Positions 41,415 through 51,600 are shown, counted from the stretch's first letter. The stretch: DNA of 64,000 nucleotides from Firmicutes bacterium UBA3943 (GCA_002385625.1 DGDV01000021.1:5474-69473); one strand, 5' to 3'. Translations and numbers: made by a program. Notes: generated by a model from the letters alone, not told the origin.

Positions 41415-44400
41415 ATGGTCCTGTCGGATCTCTCGATTAAACGCCCGGTTATGATGAGCATGATTCTGTTAACCCTGCTCCTCTTTGGGATCTTGGGTTA
41501 TCTGGAACTGCCGTTGACATTATTGCCCGAGCCTAACCAGCCATATATCATAGTCAAGGTGATTTATGCCGGGGCCGGGCCTTTGGTTGTGGAAAACCAA
41601 GTAACCAAGAAAATTGAAGATGAAGTAGCCAGCCTGGGACAGGTTAAATCCATTAAATCCTATTCTCTGGATAGTGCGGCCCTGATCCAGATTGAATTTG
41701 AGATTAATAAGGACGAGAACATTGCCCACCAGGAAGTCCGGGAGAAGATTGATAAGATCCTGAATGACCTGCCGGACGGGGCGGAAAAACCAGTGGTCGA
41801 GAAGTACAAGATCTCCGATCGCCCGATTATGCGGATTATTGCGGAAGGGCAGTTGGAACCCACCGCGCTTTATGATCTGGTGGATAAGCGGATTAAAGAT
41901 CGCATTGCCCAAGTGCCGGGTGTCGGTAAGGTTGAGGTTTTGGGCGGTGAAGAACGGGAGATCCGGGTGGAATTTGACAAGCGTTCCGTTTTTGAGAACA
42001 ACATCTCCCTGGCGGAGATTGGCGCCTTCCTGCAAGCCGCCAACCTGGAGATGCCCGGCGGTAATTTGCAACAAGAGGGACAAGAGTTTTCCGTGCGGTT
42101 AAAAGGAGAGTTTCCTTCGGTACAGGCCATCGAGGAATTGGATATCCCCATGAACAATACGGTTAAGAAGTTGCGCCAGATTGCCCAGGTTAAGGACGGC
42201 ACCAAAGAAGTGCGTGAACGCGTTACCTTCTTCGACGGGAAAAAGCAGAGTAAGAATGCGGTTTTGATCGAGGTAACCAGAACACCTACAGGTAATACGG
42301 TGCAAGCAGTCAGAGCGGTGACCAAAATGCTGCCGTCCATTGAGGAGGAACTGGGGGGACGGGTTAAGCTTATCGTGGCTTCGGAAGACGCGAAGATTGT
42401 CCAGGATTCGGTGGATGATGCCACAAGTACGATTGTGATGGGGATTATTCTCACTGCTTTGATCCTCTTCTTCTTCCTGCATGATTGGCGGTCAACACTG
42501 ATTGTGGCCTTGGCCATGCCCTTTTCCATTATCCCCACCTTCATGGTTATGCGCGGCCTGGGGATTACCCTGAATATCCTCTCATTGATGGGTCTGTCAA
42601 CGGCCAGTGGGATCTTGGTCGCCAATGCGGTGGTGGTCTTGGAGAATATCTTCCGCCATAAGGGCTTGGGTCGGGACCGGAAGGAATCGGCTCGTTTAGG
42701 CACGGCGGAAGTGGCTGTGGCGGTCTTGGCCTCGACCTTAACCAATATTGTTGTGTTCCTGCCGTTGGCGAACATGAAAGGCCTTGTCGGTGTTTATCTA
42801 CGGGATTTTGCACTGACGATCGTGATTTCTACAGTCTTCTCTCTGTTGATTTCTTTTACCCTCACGCCGTTGATGGCCTCATTGGTCCTGCCTGAGCGGG
42901 TAAAACCGGCGGGAAGAGTCAGCAAATATCTGGAGCGTCTCTTTACGTCTTGGGAGAATTGGTACCGGGGGCTCTTGGCCAAAGTTCTTAAGAGTAAAAA
43001 GAGTTGTCTGGTAACGGTTTTAATCACAATTGGTCTGATGGTCATTGCCTTTGCTCTGTTCCCGTTAGTGAAAACCGAATTTATGCCCAACTTGGACACA
43101 AATAAAATCACCGTTGAGATCGAACTTCCCCAGGGCTATGACCTGGATGAAACGGCAAAGGTCCGGGCGGAGGTGGAAAGGCGCATCAGGCAATTTAGAG
43201 AAGTCAAATCCATCGTTGCCAACGAAGGACGCCTTTCCGAGCAGGATCAAGGGGTGCACCTGGCCTTGCTCACCGTTGACCTGGTGGATAAAGAAGACCG
43301 GGATTTGAGTAGTGAGGAATTGGCGTCCCAAATGATTCAAGCTTGTGCGGATATTCCCAATGCCAAGCTGAGGATCAATTCTGCCGGTGCCACGTCGATT
43401 TTGGGTCAACCCATCGATTTTTACCTGCAGGGTCAAGATATGGATGAGCTTGAACGGTACGCTGAGAAGTTATTGGCGAAGCTCGAGAAGATTCCCGGTT
43501 TAACAAACATTAACACCAGTACCAGGCCGGGGAAACCTGAGATCACCTTGGAACCGGACCGGACCAAAATGGCTGAGGCTGGCATTACCATTGCCAATTT
43601 AGCTACTTCTCTCCGGACCGCTTTGGAAGGAGTTGTCTTTACCCAATATAAAGAGGGCGGCAATGAGTATGATCTGCGGGTGGTCCTGAAGGATGATTCC
43701 TTAAAGAGTTATGAAGATCTGCGGAATGTTCCCGTTGTGACAAGACGGGGGGTCTACCCCATCTCCTATTTTGCGGATCTGCGTTTTACCGAAAGTTACA
43801 ATAAGATTGTCCATCGGGATAAATATAAGGCTATTGAGTTTACAGCCTCGTTACTGCCAGGGTATGTTCTGGGCGATATGACGCAAGCGATTAACCGGGC
43901 TGTGAACGAACTGGAGCTTCCTACAGGTTACAAGATTCGTTGGAGTGGTAATGCTGAGCTGATGGAGGAGACCATTAGGGAAATGAGCTTCGCTCTGGTG
44001 TTGGCGATCATTTTAACCTTCATTCTGTTAGCAGCTACACTGGAGAAATTCGGTCAATCCCTGTTGATCCTTACGACAGTACCTTTGTGCCTCATCGGTG
44101 TTCTTTTCAGCCTGTTGTCAACGGGCGTTACCCTGAGCGCCATCTCTCTGTTGAGTGTCATTATGTTGGTTGGTATGGTGGTCAACAACGCCATTTTGAT
44201 CCTGGATTACGCCAATCAATTGCAGGACAGAGGGATGGATCTTAAAGCAGCGCTGCTGGAAGCCTGTCCGGCCAAGTTTAAGGCAATTCTCATGTCCAAC
44301 CTGGCCGCCATCCTGGGAATGTTACCCATGGCCTTGGGGATTGGGGCAAGCGGCGCTGAGGTCCGTCAACCGATGGGTATCGTTACCATTGGAGGTATCA

Positions 44401-44510
44401 TATCTGCAACCATTTTGACGCTGGTCTTCATCCCGGCGGTGGAGTACGGGCTCCAGCGCACAAAGGAGAAGATCACAAGAAGGATGAACGGAGAAACATT
44501 ATTCTCCTGA
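41415..44510 (+). CDS. RND family efflux permease (AcrB-like)
   Basis: 1031 aa with 12-TM/two-large-loop architecture. N-terminal SIKRPVMMSMILLTLLLFG. Confidence 0.93.
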   Translation: MVLSDLSIKRPVMMSMILLTLLLFGILGYLELPLTLLPEPNQPYIIVKVIYAGAGPLVVENQVTKKIEDEVASLGQVKSIKSYSLDSAALIQIEFEINKDENIAHQEVREKIDKILNDLPDGAEKPVVEKYKISDRPIMRIIAEGQLEPTALYDLVDKRIKDRIAQVPGVGKVEVLGGEEREIRVEFDKRSVFENNISLAEIGAFLQAANLEMPGGNLQQEGQEFSVRLKGEFPSVQAIEELDIPMNNTVKKLRQIAQVKDGTKEVRERVTFFDGKKQSKNAVLIEVTRTPTGNTVQAVRAVTKMLPSIEEELGGRVKLIVASEDAKIVQDSVDDATSTIVMGIILTALILFFFLHDWRSTLIVALAMPFSIIPTFMVMRGLGITLNILSLMGLSTASGILVANAVVVLENIFRHKGLGRDRKESARLGTAEVAVAVLASTLTNIVVFLPLANMKGLVGVYLRDFALTIVISTVFSLLISFTLTPLMASLVLPERVKPAGRVSKYLERLFTSWENWYRGLLAKVLKSKKSCLVTVLITIGLMVIAFALFPLVKTEFMPNLDTNKITVEIELPQGYDLDETAKVRAEVERRIRQFREVKSIVANEGRLSEQDQGVHLALLTVDLVDKEDRDLSSEELASQMIQACADIPNAKLRINSAGATSILGQPIDFYLQGQDMDELERYAEKLLAKLEKIPGLTNINTSTRPGKPEITLEPDRTKMAEAGITIANLATSLRTALEGVVFTQYKEGGNEYDLRVVLKDDSLKSYEDLRNVPVVTRRGVYPISYFADLRFTESYNKIVHRDKYKAIEFTASLLPGYVLGDMTQAINRAVNELELPTGYKIRWSGNAELMEETIREMSFALVLAIILTFILLAATLEKFGQSLLILTTVPLCLIGVLFSLLSTGVTLSAISLLSVIMLVGMVVNNAILILDYANQLQDRGMDLKAALLEACPAKFKAILMSNLAAILGMLPMALGIGASGAEVRQPMGIVTIGGIISATILTLVFIPAVEYGLQRTKEKITRRMNGETLFS

Positions 44511-44569
44511 CATGCTAATGTCGTTAAAAAGTTAGGTAACCGGATAATATAAGGGCCGGAGGGAAAAAA

Positions 44570-45886
44570 ATGAGAAGAAGAGGGCTGGTCGGACTATTGC
44601 TGGTCGGTGCTGTGCTGTTGGCGACGGCAACGGCGAGGGGCGAAAGCCCATTGCCCGAACCGGGGCTGCTGACGATAGAGCGCTGTCTTGAACTTGGTTT
44701 GCAAAACAGCGAACAGCTCAAGGTGGCCGATCATCAGTTGGCAATTGCCCGGCAGAGGATGGCGGAAGCAAAGGCAGGATTTTGGCCTACCATCCAATAC
44801 CTGCTGGCCTATAATCAGGTCAGTAAAGGCGACGGCGATTATACACCTAAAGGGCCGGGACCGGAGAAGACCTATTCCGGTTCCTTGACGTTGACCCAGC
44901 CGATTTATACCGGCGGTAAACTGGAAGCAGCCTATGAGATTGCCCGGCGGCAGGTGGAGATGGCCGAGGAGAACATCCGCCAGGTCAAGCAAAAACTGAC
45001 TTATAGCATTAAAGAGGCCTATTACCAAGTGTGCTTGGCCGAAGAGACGCTGCAGGTCAGTGAGAATGCCTACAACAATCTCCACCGCCATTATCAATTG
45101 GTGGAAAAACGCTACCAAGCCGGTACCGCTTCAAAATTTGAACTGCTGCGGGCCCATGTCCAATGGGAAAACCTGAAACCACAAGTGATCAGGGCAAAGA
45201 ACGGCGTAAACTTAGCCAAACTTAACTTAGCCACCTTGATCGGTTTGGAAGACACAGTTGAATTTAGTGTGGATTTGGTAGGTAAATCCTTCAAAATCGA
45301 CCGAGCGGAGGACTTTTCCAAAGAAACACTGCTGGCGGCAGCGTTGGAGAACAGGCCGGAGATGCGCCAGATGAAGCTGAATGCTCTGGTGGCCCAGACT
45401 CAAACCAAACTGACGGAGGCTTGGTATAAACCGAATATTGCTACCACATTAACTCTACAGAACAAAGGAAGTTTTGACCCGGACAAACATAATCCCGTCT
45501 GGAAGATTAACCTGGGGTTGAGCGGTCTGCTGTACGACAGTGGCCAGGCCAAGGCCAAGATCAAAGCGGCCCAGGAGAATGAGGGGCTGGTCGCAGCCCA
45601 AACCAGGAACTTGGCGGACCTCCTTAATTTGGAGGTGGACCAGGTTCTGAAGAAGTTGGAGGAAAATAGGGAGGTAATTTTGGCTAACCAAGCCAACATT
45701 ACCCTGGCTGAAGAAGCCCTGAAATTGACGGAGATTCGCTTTCAATCGGGAATGGCCACAACAATGGATGTGATCGATGCCCAGTTGGCTCTGGACCAAG
45801 CTCTCAACGGGTACTACGGCGGGGTGTATGCTTACCTGACCACATTAGCCCAGCTTGATCTGGCGATAGGCAAGGATTTTGACTGA
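44570..45886 (+). CDS. TolC-family outer membrane efflux protein
   Basis: 438 aa with a signal peptide. Two repeats of the OEP coiled-coil/beta pattern (e.g. ...GTASKFELLRAHVQWENLKPQ..., ...GMATTMDVIDAQLALDQA...). Confidence 0.85.
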   Translation: MRRRGLVGLLLVGAVLLATATARGESPLPEPGLLTIERCLELGLQNSEQLKVADHQLAIARQRMAEAKAGFWPTIQYLLAYNQVSKGDGDYTPKGPGPEKTYSGSLTLTQPIYTGGKLEAAYEIARRQVEMAEENIRQVKQKLTYSIKEAYYQVCLAEETLQVSENAYNNLHRHYQLVEKRYQAGTASKFELLRAHVQWENLKPQVIRAKNGVNLAKLNLATLIGLEDTVEFSVDLVGKSFKIDRAEDFSKETLLAAALENRPEMRQMKLNALVAQTQTKLTEAWYKPNIATTLTLQNKGSFDPDKHNPVWKINLGLSGLLYDSGQAKAKIKAAQENEGLVAAQTRNLADLLNLEVDQVLKKLEENREVILANQANITLAEEALKLTEIRFQSGMATTMDVIDAQLALDQALNGYYGGVYAYLTTLAQLDLAIGKDFD

Positions 45887-46005
45887 ACATTTCCTGAGCC
45901 GGCGAATCCCGCGTTTGCAGGAAACTACTAAGTTATACTTGCTTATGGCAGTAAACTTGGATACTATTAAATTAGTTTTCAAGCATTAAGTGGGGGCGAG
46001 TCACG

Positions 46006-46719
46006 ATGCGAAAAGACACGCTGAACAACTGGGGATTTGAGTACCTGCCAATCCTCCGTAAGATATTTTTGGTGATCCTGTTTCTGTCAACATATATTTA
46101 TGCTCAGGTTCTGCCTATGGATTGGAGTTGGGAAAACGGCCCGCTTGAAATGGCGCAAAATTTTCTGCTGGCGACCGGTTTTTTGCTGATGCTTGTCTAT
46201 GCCCGGCGTACAGCGGAAACGGAACTGAGGCAGTTTTGGTTTTGGTTGTTACCGGTATGGCTCCTCTTACTGGGACGGGAACTAAGTTGGGGGAGGATCT
46301 TCTTCCCAACCCATGTGGGCCCGGAAGGACCGGTGTTTTTAGCTAAATCCCAGCTTCCGTTGGGGAATCTTATTAATCCCATAATTGGCCTCATTATCCT
46401 GGTTGTGCTCGTAATGTTTGTGCGCTATCGGATATATCGAGTCATTCTAAACTTATTTAAAGAAAGATTGTTCCCGTTTTTTGAAACATCCCTTTTTGTG
46501 CTGGCGGCAGTCTTGAGTTATCTTGGTGAAAAAATGCCCCAAAGCTTTTTCTGCGGCCGGGGTGCATTAGTGGAGGAACTTTGCGAGCTAGTAGCCTACA
46601 CCAGTTTGCTCCTGATCTGTGCGGATATCAGGTGGAAAAAGCAGTTTTCTCAGAAGGGCGGCAAACCAAGGGCTGGTAGCGGCACTGCGCCACATATTTC
46701 TAGTTCCCCGGGAAATTAA
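46006..46719 (+). CDS. hypothetical polytopic membrane protein
   Basis: 237-aa ORF with several hydrophobic helices. I do not recognise a family. Confidence 0.6.
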   Translation: MRKDTLNNWGFEYLPILRKIFLVILFLSTYIYAQVLPMDWSWENGPLEMAQNFLLATGFLLMLVYARRTAETELRQFWFWLLPVWLLLLGRELSWGRIFFPTHVGPEGPVFLAKSQLPLGNLINPIIGLIILVVLVMFVRYRIYRVILNLFKERLFPFFETSLFVLAAVLSYLGEKMPQSFFCGRGALVEELCELVAYTSLLLICADIRWKKQFSQKGGKPRAGSGTAPHISSSPGN

Positions 46720-46913
46720 TAATACCCATAAAGACCCGTGCAGGCGGGGAATTTTAGACATTGCGCCGGCAAATTGTTAAAACGGCAACAAGGGCAGGCG
46801 GCAATGAATGAAGTTTTCCAAGTGAACGGCTGATCCGGTAGCTGTAAAGCGCAATATAAGGCGGGGGTAAAATGTTAAAGGACAAACCCTGGCCGAAAAA
46901 TTAAGGAGGAAAT

Positions 46914-47147
46914 ATGTCGCCACGCGGCAACAATCTGAAAAGGGTACGCGGATGGTTGCTACAATTTAAGGTAATCTTCGGGCTGACATTCTCTGTAATT
47001 ACCGGGTTTTTGCTCGGGTATTTCTTGGGTGGCCCGGGTCTTAGATCTTATTTGGGCCTGGCCGGTGCCGTAGCCGGTTTTTTTGTGGGTATAACCTACC
47101 TTGTTAAACTGGCCGGCCAGGAGCAAAAGGGAAAAAAGGGAAGATGA
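46914..47147 (+). CDS. small two-TM membrane protein heading the V-type ATPase operon (AtpZ-like topology)
   Basis: 77 aa. AAGGAGG RBS. Two Gly-rich TM helices and a basic C-tail. Topologically similar to the protein at 21462-21701. Confidence 0.6.
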   Translation: MSPRGNNLKRVRGWLLQFKVIFGLTFSVITGFLLGYFLGGPGLRSYLGLAGAVAGFFVGITYLVKLAGQEQKGKKGR

Positions 47148-47222
47148 CGAGGAGGATTTTTGGGATGTTAGGCCGAACAACCATGGTAATGCCTTTCAAC
47201 CGTAAGCAAACGAGGTGAAAGA

Positions 47223-47534
47223 ATGGCTAGCGAAACATGGGAAAAGTTGAGCCTGGCAGAGAAGGAAGCCAATGCGTTGGTGGATGAAGCCAAGGCTAAA
47301 TCAGCAACGCTTTTGGCCAAAGTTCGCCAAGCCCTCCAGGAGGAGCGAACGAAGACTTTGGAAGAGGCCAGGCGTTTAGGGGAAGAAGCCGTGGCGCAGA
47401 GGAAAGCTGAGGCGGAGGAAAAAGCCATGGTCATCAGGCAAGAGACCGATGAACGAATTGCGGAGTTGCATTGGGTTAGCGGGGAAAAGCTGTTGACAGC
47501 CGCTCAATTCATAGTAGAGAGGGTTCTTGAATAA
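47223..47534 (+). CDS. V/A-type ATPase peripheral-stalk subunit (G/H-like)
   Basis: 103-aa all-helical, Ala/Glu/Lys-rich protein. Its stop overlaps the ntpI start. Confidence 0.7.
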   Translation: MASETWEKLSLAEKEANALVDEAKAKSATLLAKVRQALQEERTKTLEEARRLGEEAVAQRKAEAEEKAMVIRQETDERIAELHWVSGEKLLTAAQFIVERVLE

Positions 47535-49483
47535 TGGCAATCGCACCAATGAAACATCTGGAGCTGTATGGGCTCCTGCCTCACAAGCGTGTTTTCTTAC
47601 GGGAACTGCAAAAACTGGGTCTGGTTGAGATTACCGATATCTCAACGGAGCAGGCGGAACGGTTTGAAAAAGAGTCCTTGGAGCAGATCGGCGCCATCGA
47701 AAAGGACCTTAATCGCCTCTCCCGGGTTTTGGCGGTTCTGAATCGCTTTGATCCGCAAAAGCCCAATTTGGTGGAGCAATTTACCGGCATCAGAACGGTC
47801 CTGACCGAGCAGGAACGGGAAGAGCTGTTAAGCCGCAGTGATGAACTGGTGTCCATCGTGGAGAGCATCCTGCAGGACGAGAGTACATATAACCGACTGG
47901 AACAGGAGAACGCCGAGACTAAGCGGGGACTGGCGGAACTGGCTCCGTGGGAAGGCCTGCAACTTTCCGTGGAGGAGATCGCTGCTCTAAAGCGGGTCAA
48001 GATCCTCACTGGAACTGTTGAGGGAAAGATCGATCCGCTGGTGGAGATCTTGGAGCAAGCGGGCGTTCCCTATGTGCTGGAGGTCATCGGTCGCTTGGCC
48101 GATCGTTACTATCTGGCGCTTTATTTGCCGGCATCTGCATTGGCTGCCGCCTCTTTGAAGACCGCTGGTTTTACGGAGTCTGCCCCACCAATTGCCCGGG
48201 GAACCGTGGCTAAAGGGAAAAAGCAACTGGAAGCCAGGTTAGAAGGACTGGAAAAAGAATTGGCGGAAGTGCGGGAACGGCTGCATTCCTATAGCCAACA
48301 CCGCCGGTTAATTCAGGTCTTTTATGATCAGATGTATAACGCTAAATTGCGGGCGGAGGTCGAACGCCATATTATTGGGGGAAGCCGGGTTTTTGCCCTG
48401 GAAGGATGGGTGGAAGCGGCGAGAGAACCGATCGTGGCTGAGGCCCTGAAGAAACTGAAGTTACCCCATGAACTAATCCTGCGTGAACCCAACGAGGAAG
48501 AAGAGGTCCCCGTAGTTTTACATAATACCAAGGCGATCACCCCCTTTGAATCCTTAATTGAATCCTTTAGTTTACCCCGGCAGCAAGAGGTGGATCCTAC
48601 GCCGAGTGTAGCCCCGTTTTTCTTCATCTTTTTCGGCATGGCCCTGGGTGATGCCGGTTATGGCTTGGTCATGGCAGCCATCTGTTTTTGGCTGTTGCGC
48701 AAGACAGTTATGCGGCCCTCCGGGAAGAAACTGGCATGGATGTTTATCTTCAGTTCCCTGGGGGCGGTCTTGTTTGGCTTCATTGTTTCCAGCTTTTTTG
48801 GTTACTCCCCTTATAAGGGGTTGTTCAGCCCCACGGGCGATTCCATGCTCCTACTGGGCTTGGCCTTTGGTCTAGGTTTAATCCAACTCTATGTGGGGAC
48901 GATGATTAGCGGTTGGATGAGCATCCGGGACGGACGCTGGCAGGATGCCTTCTGGAACCAAGGATTATGGTTACTCTTTTTAACTGCTATTCTGCTGGTT
49001 CTGGGTAAATCGGCCCTTGGTTTAGAGGCTTATTCGCACATGATCAATACCGGAGCTCTCATCATCACTGCCTTACTGGTCCTTGGCAATATGCGGGGGA
49101 AGAAAGGACTAGCGGCCAAGCTTTTGGCTATCCCGGGCGGGCTGTTTACCATCTACGGCAGTATTGGTTTTTTCAGTGACGTCCTGTCCTATGCCCGGTT
49201 GATGGCGCTCGGCTTGTCTGGTGGCGTCATGGCCTCTGTGATTAATATGTTTGTGGGCATGGCCTGGCAGGTTCCCTGGGTAGGCTGGTTGATTGCTGTC
49301 GCTTTGTTTTTGGTTGGTCATGGCTTGAACTTTGGCCTGAGTATCCTTGGTGCTTACGTGCATTGCAGCCGCCTGCAGTTTCTGGAGTTCTTCGGTAAAT
49401 TCTTCGAGGGCGGAGGCAAGCCGTTTACTCCTTTGCAATGGGAAAATCAATATATATTTCAAGCAGAAGAAAGGGAGGCATAA
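47534..49483 (+). CDS. ntpI: V-type ATPase subunit I (a-subunit homologue)
   Basis: 649 aa. Soluble coiled N-half plus a polytopic C-half with ...YARLMALGLSGGVMA... (essential Arg region). Confidence 0.92.
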   Translation: MAIAPMKHLELYGLLPHKRVFLRELQKLGLVEITDISTEQAERFEKESLEQIGAIEKDLNRLSRVLAVLNRFDPQKPNLVEQFTGIRTVLTEQEREELLSRSDELVSIVESILQDESTYNRLEQENAETKRGLAELAPWEGLQLSVEEIAALKRVKILTGTVEGKIDPLVEILEQAGVPYVLEVIGRLADRYYLALYLPASALAAASLKTAGFTESAPPIARGTVAKGKKQLEARLEGLEKELAEVRERLHSYSQHRRLIQVFYDQMYNAKLRAEVERHIIGGSRVFALEGWVEAAREPIVAEALKKLKLPHELILREPNEEEEVPVVLHNTKAITPFESLIESFSLPRQQEVDPTPSVAPFFFIFFGMALGDAGYGLVMAAICFWLLRKTVMRPSGKKLAWMFIFSSLGAVLFGFIVSSFFGYSPYKGLFSPTGDSMLLLGLAFGLGLIQLYVGTMISGWMSIRDGRWQDAFWNQGLWLLFLTAILLVLGKSALGLEAYSHMINTGALIITALLVLGNMRGKKGLAAKLLAIPGGLFTIYGSIGFFSDVLSYARLMALGLSGGVMASVINMFVGMAWQVPWVGWLIAVALFLVGHGLNFGLSILGAYVHCSRLQFLEFFGKFFEGGGKPFTPLQWENQYIFQAEEREA

Positions 49484-49486
49484 CTG

Positions 49487-49981
49487 ATGAATGCAAATGC
49501 AGCCGGTTTGTTTGTTGGAGTGGATTGGGGTTTAACATTGGCTTATCTTGGTGCAGCGATTGCGGTTGTTCTCTCGGGTTATGGCTCGGCTAGGGGTGTG
49601 GCCACTGCCGGGCAGGCTGCCGCCGGTGTGGTGACGGAGGATCCGTCAAAATACGGTAAAACCATTATTCTTACAGCACTGCCTGGTTCACAAGGTATCT
49701 ATGGTTTTGTTATCGGGATGCTGATCTTCCTGAAATTGCAAGGAAAGGCTTCGATTCCTATTTCAGCGGGTTGGAGTCTCTTGGCGGCCGGTATTCCCAT
49801 TGGGATTGTGGGCTTGCTTTCTGCCCTCTGGCAGGGCCGGGTTGCTGCCGCGGGTATCGGCATTGTCGCAAAACGTCCGGAAGAAGCCTCCAAGGGTCTG
49901 GTTTACGCCGGTATGGTGGAAACCTATGCCATTTTGTCCCTGGTTATATCCTTCTTCCTGTTGAACAACGTAACCCTTTAA
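49487..49981 (+). CDS. ntpK: V-type ATPase proteolipid subunit K (4-TM, duplicated c)
   Basis: 164 aa. ...ALPGSQGIYGFVIG..., ...LWQGRVAAAGI..., ...AGMVETYAILSLVISF. Closely parallels Enterococcus hirae NtpK. Confidence 0.93.
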   Translation: MNANAAGLFVGVDWGLTLAYLGAAIAVVLSGYGSARGVATAGQAAAGVVTEDPSKYGKTIILTALPGSQGIYGFVIGMLIFLKLQGKASIPISAGWSLLAAGIPIGIVGLLSALWQGRVAAAGIGIVAKRPEEASKGLVYAGMVETYAILSLVISFFLLNNVTL

Positions 49982-50043
49982 GGTTATAAAGTACCCAACA
50001 GAATATTTTTTAGGATGAATTTTTTATTAGGTGGGGAATTGAC

Positions 50044-50640
50044 ATGACCCAAGGCTTGTCCGAATTGACCAACCACATGCTTGAGGAGGCAAAACTTCAA
50101 GCCAAAGCCGAAGAGGACCGGGGACGGGAAGAGGCGGAGCGCCTGGCCGTGGATTTCCGGAAGGCTACGGCGGAGATGGCCGAGGCCATTCAGGAGGAAT
50201 ACCGTCGCAAGGGTGAAGATGAGGCCCGCCGGATCATCAGCCAGGCGGAGATGGAGGCCAAGCTGCGTATCCTCCAAGCCAAACAGGAGATTCTCGGGAT
50301 TGCCTTTGAACGGAGTCGGGATAAATTGATGGCCCTGCCGGAGAAGACAAAACGGGGTTTTTACAAGAAGAATCTCTTGGCCGCCGTTGAAGAAGGTACG
50401 GAGACCATCAGGGTGGCCGCTGACGAGCGGGAACTCTGGGTCAGCTTGTTGCAAGAGGTAAATAAGGAACTGGTGAAGAAGGGATTGCCCGGTCAGTTGC
50501 AACTGGCGGAAGAACCGGCTGAGATATCTGGCGGTTTCTTGCTCCAGGGAAAACACTTTGAGGTCAACGGCTCAATTGAGGCACTGCTAGCAGCAGTTGA
50601 GGAGCGGCTTCGCCCCGAAGTCGCGCGGATTTTGTTTTAA
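50044..50640 (+). CDS. ntpE: V-type ATPase subunit E
   Basis: 198 aa. N-terminal long charged helix and a globular C-terminus. Operon position. Confidence 0.85.
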   Translation: MTQGLSELTNHMLEEAKLQAKAEEDRGREEAERLAVDFRKATAEMAEAIQEEYRRKGEDEARRIISQAEMEAKLRILQAKQEILGIAFERSRDKLMALPEKTKRGFYKKNLLAAVEEGTETIRVAADERELWVSLLQEVNKELVKKGLPGQLQLAEEPAEISGGFLLQGKHFEVNGSIEALLAAVEERLRPEVARILF

Positions 50641-50652
50641 CGTAACGGAGGG

Positions 50653-51600
50653 ATGGGCATGGCCTATACCGATTATGCGTATGCCGTCGGCCGCATCCGG
50701 GCCCTGGAGATAGGGTTGATCCCTGATAACCTGCTGGAACGGTTGATGTCGGTCGCATCCGCCCAGGAAGCCCTGCAGGTATTGGCGGAGACGGAATACG
50801 GCGCGGTGGCCCATGACGGGGATTATGAGACCCTCATCGAAGACGAACTGCTTCGCGTATATCAATTATTACAAGAACTGGCCCCTGCATCCGAGGCGAT
50901 CAAAGTCTTTCGGTTCCGTTGGGACTTGCATAACATCAAACTGTTGGCCGCCGGTGGGAACGGTAAACCTAGCCGGCTTGGAAACTTTCCCTGGGAAGTC
51001 CTGTGGGAGATGTTGAACCGGGCTGACTACAGCCGACTGCCTGTTGAGTTTCAAACGGTACTGAATCAATTCCAGGAAGCCGAATCTTCTTCGGCCGCCC
51101 AGCTGGATCAAGCCTACTACAGCTACGGGAAACGGGTCTTGTGCGCCAAAGAAGGTATCCTGCGCGACTATTGGCTGGCCCGATTGGATCTGACCAATCT
51201 CCGTTTGTTGGTGCGGCTGCGGAAGGTTGGCGCACCGTTGGAAGATTTTGTGAAATTTATGGTGGCCCACGGCTTGATTGCGCAAAAAGAATGGTTGGAA
51301 GTGTATGGGGCGCCCTGGGAGGCTGTTGTTGCCTGGTTGGGTTACAAACCTTACCATAGTATTGCCCGAGACGGGGTTGCCTCTTTAACTGACTTACCTG
51401 TGTTGGAACGGGAGATCGACAATTATCTCCTGGAACGGTTGGACCGTGCCAAGTGGGTGGCCTTGGGGGTTGAACCCTTGATTGCCTACCTGCTGGCAAA
51501 GGAAACGGAAGCAAAAAACCTCCGCCTAATCCTTGCGGGCAAAAGCAACCGCCTGTCCACAGAGACAGTGAAAAGGAGGTTGCGCCGTGGCTACATTTAA
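50653..51600 (+). CDS. ntpC: V-type ATPase subunit C (d-subunit homologue)
   Basis: 315 aa. ...YAYAVGRIRALE...DLHNIKLL... pattern of the V0 d / NtpC family. Confidence 0.85.
   Translation: MGMAYTDYAYAVGRIRALEIGLIPDNLLERLMSVASAQEALQVLAETEYGAVAHDGDYETLIEDELLRVYQLLQELAPASEAIKVFRFRWDLHNIKLLAAGGNGKPSRLGNFPWEVLWEMLNRADYSRLPVEFQTVLNQFQEAESSSAAQLDQAYYSYGKRVLCAKEGILRDYWLARLDLTNLRLLVRLRKVGAPLEDFVKFMVAHGLIAQKEWLEVYGAPWEAVVAWLGYKPYHSIARDGVASLTDLPVLEREIDNYLLERLDRAKWVALGVEPLIAYLLAKETEAKNLRLILAGKSNRLSTETVKRRLRRGYI

Noticed and set aside
41870-42775. 301-aa and other long minus-strand ORFs inside the RND permease and adaptor genes (also 40517-41275, 41520-42083)
   Set aside because: They are antisense to well-supported genes and have compositionally biased translations.
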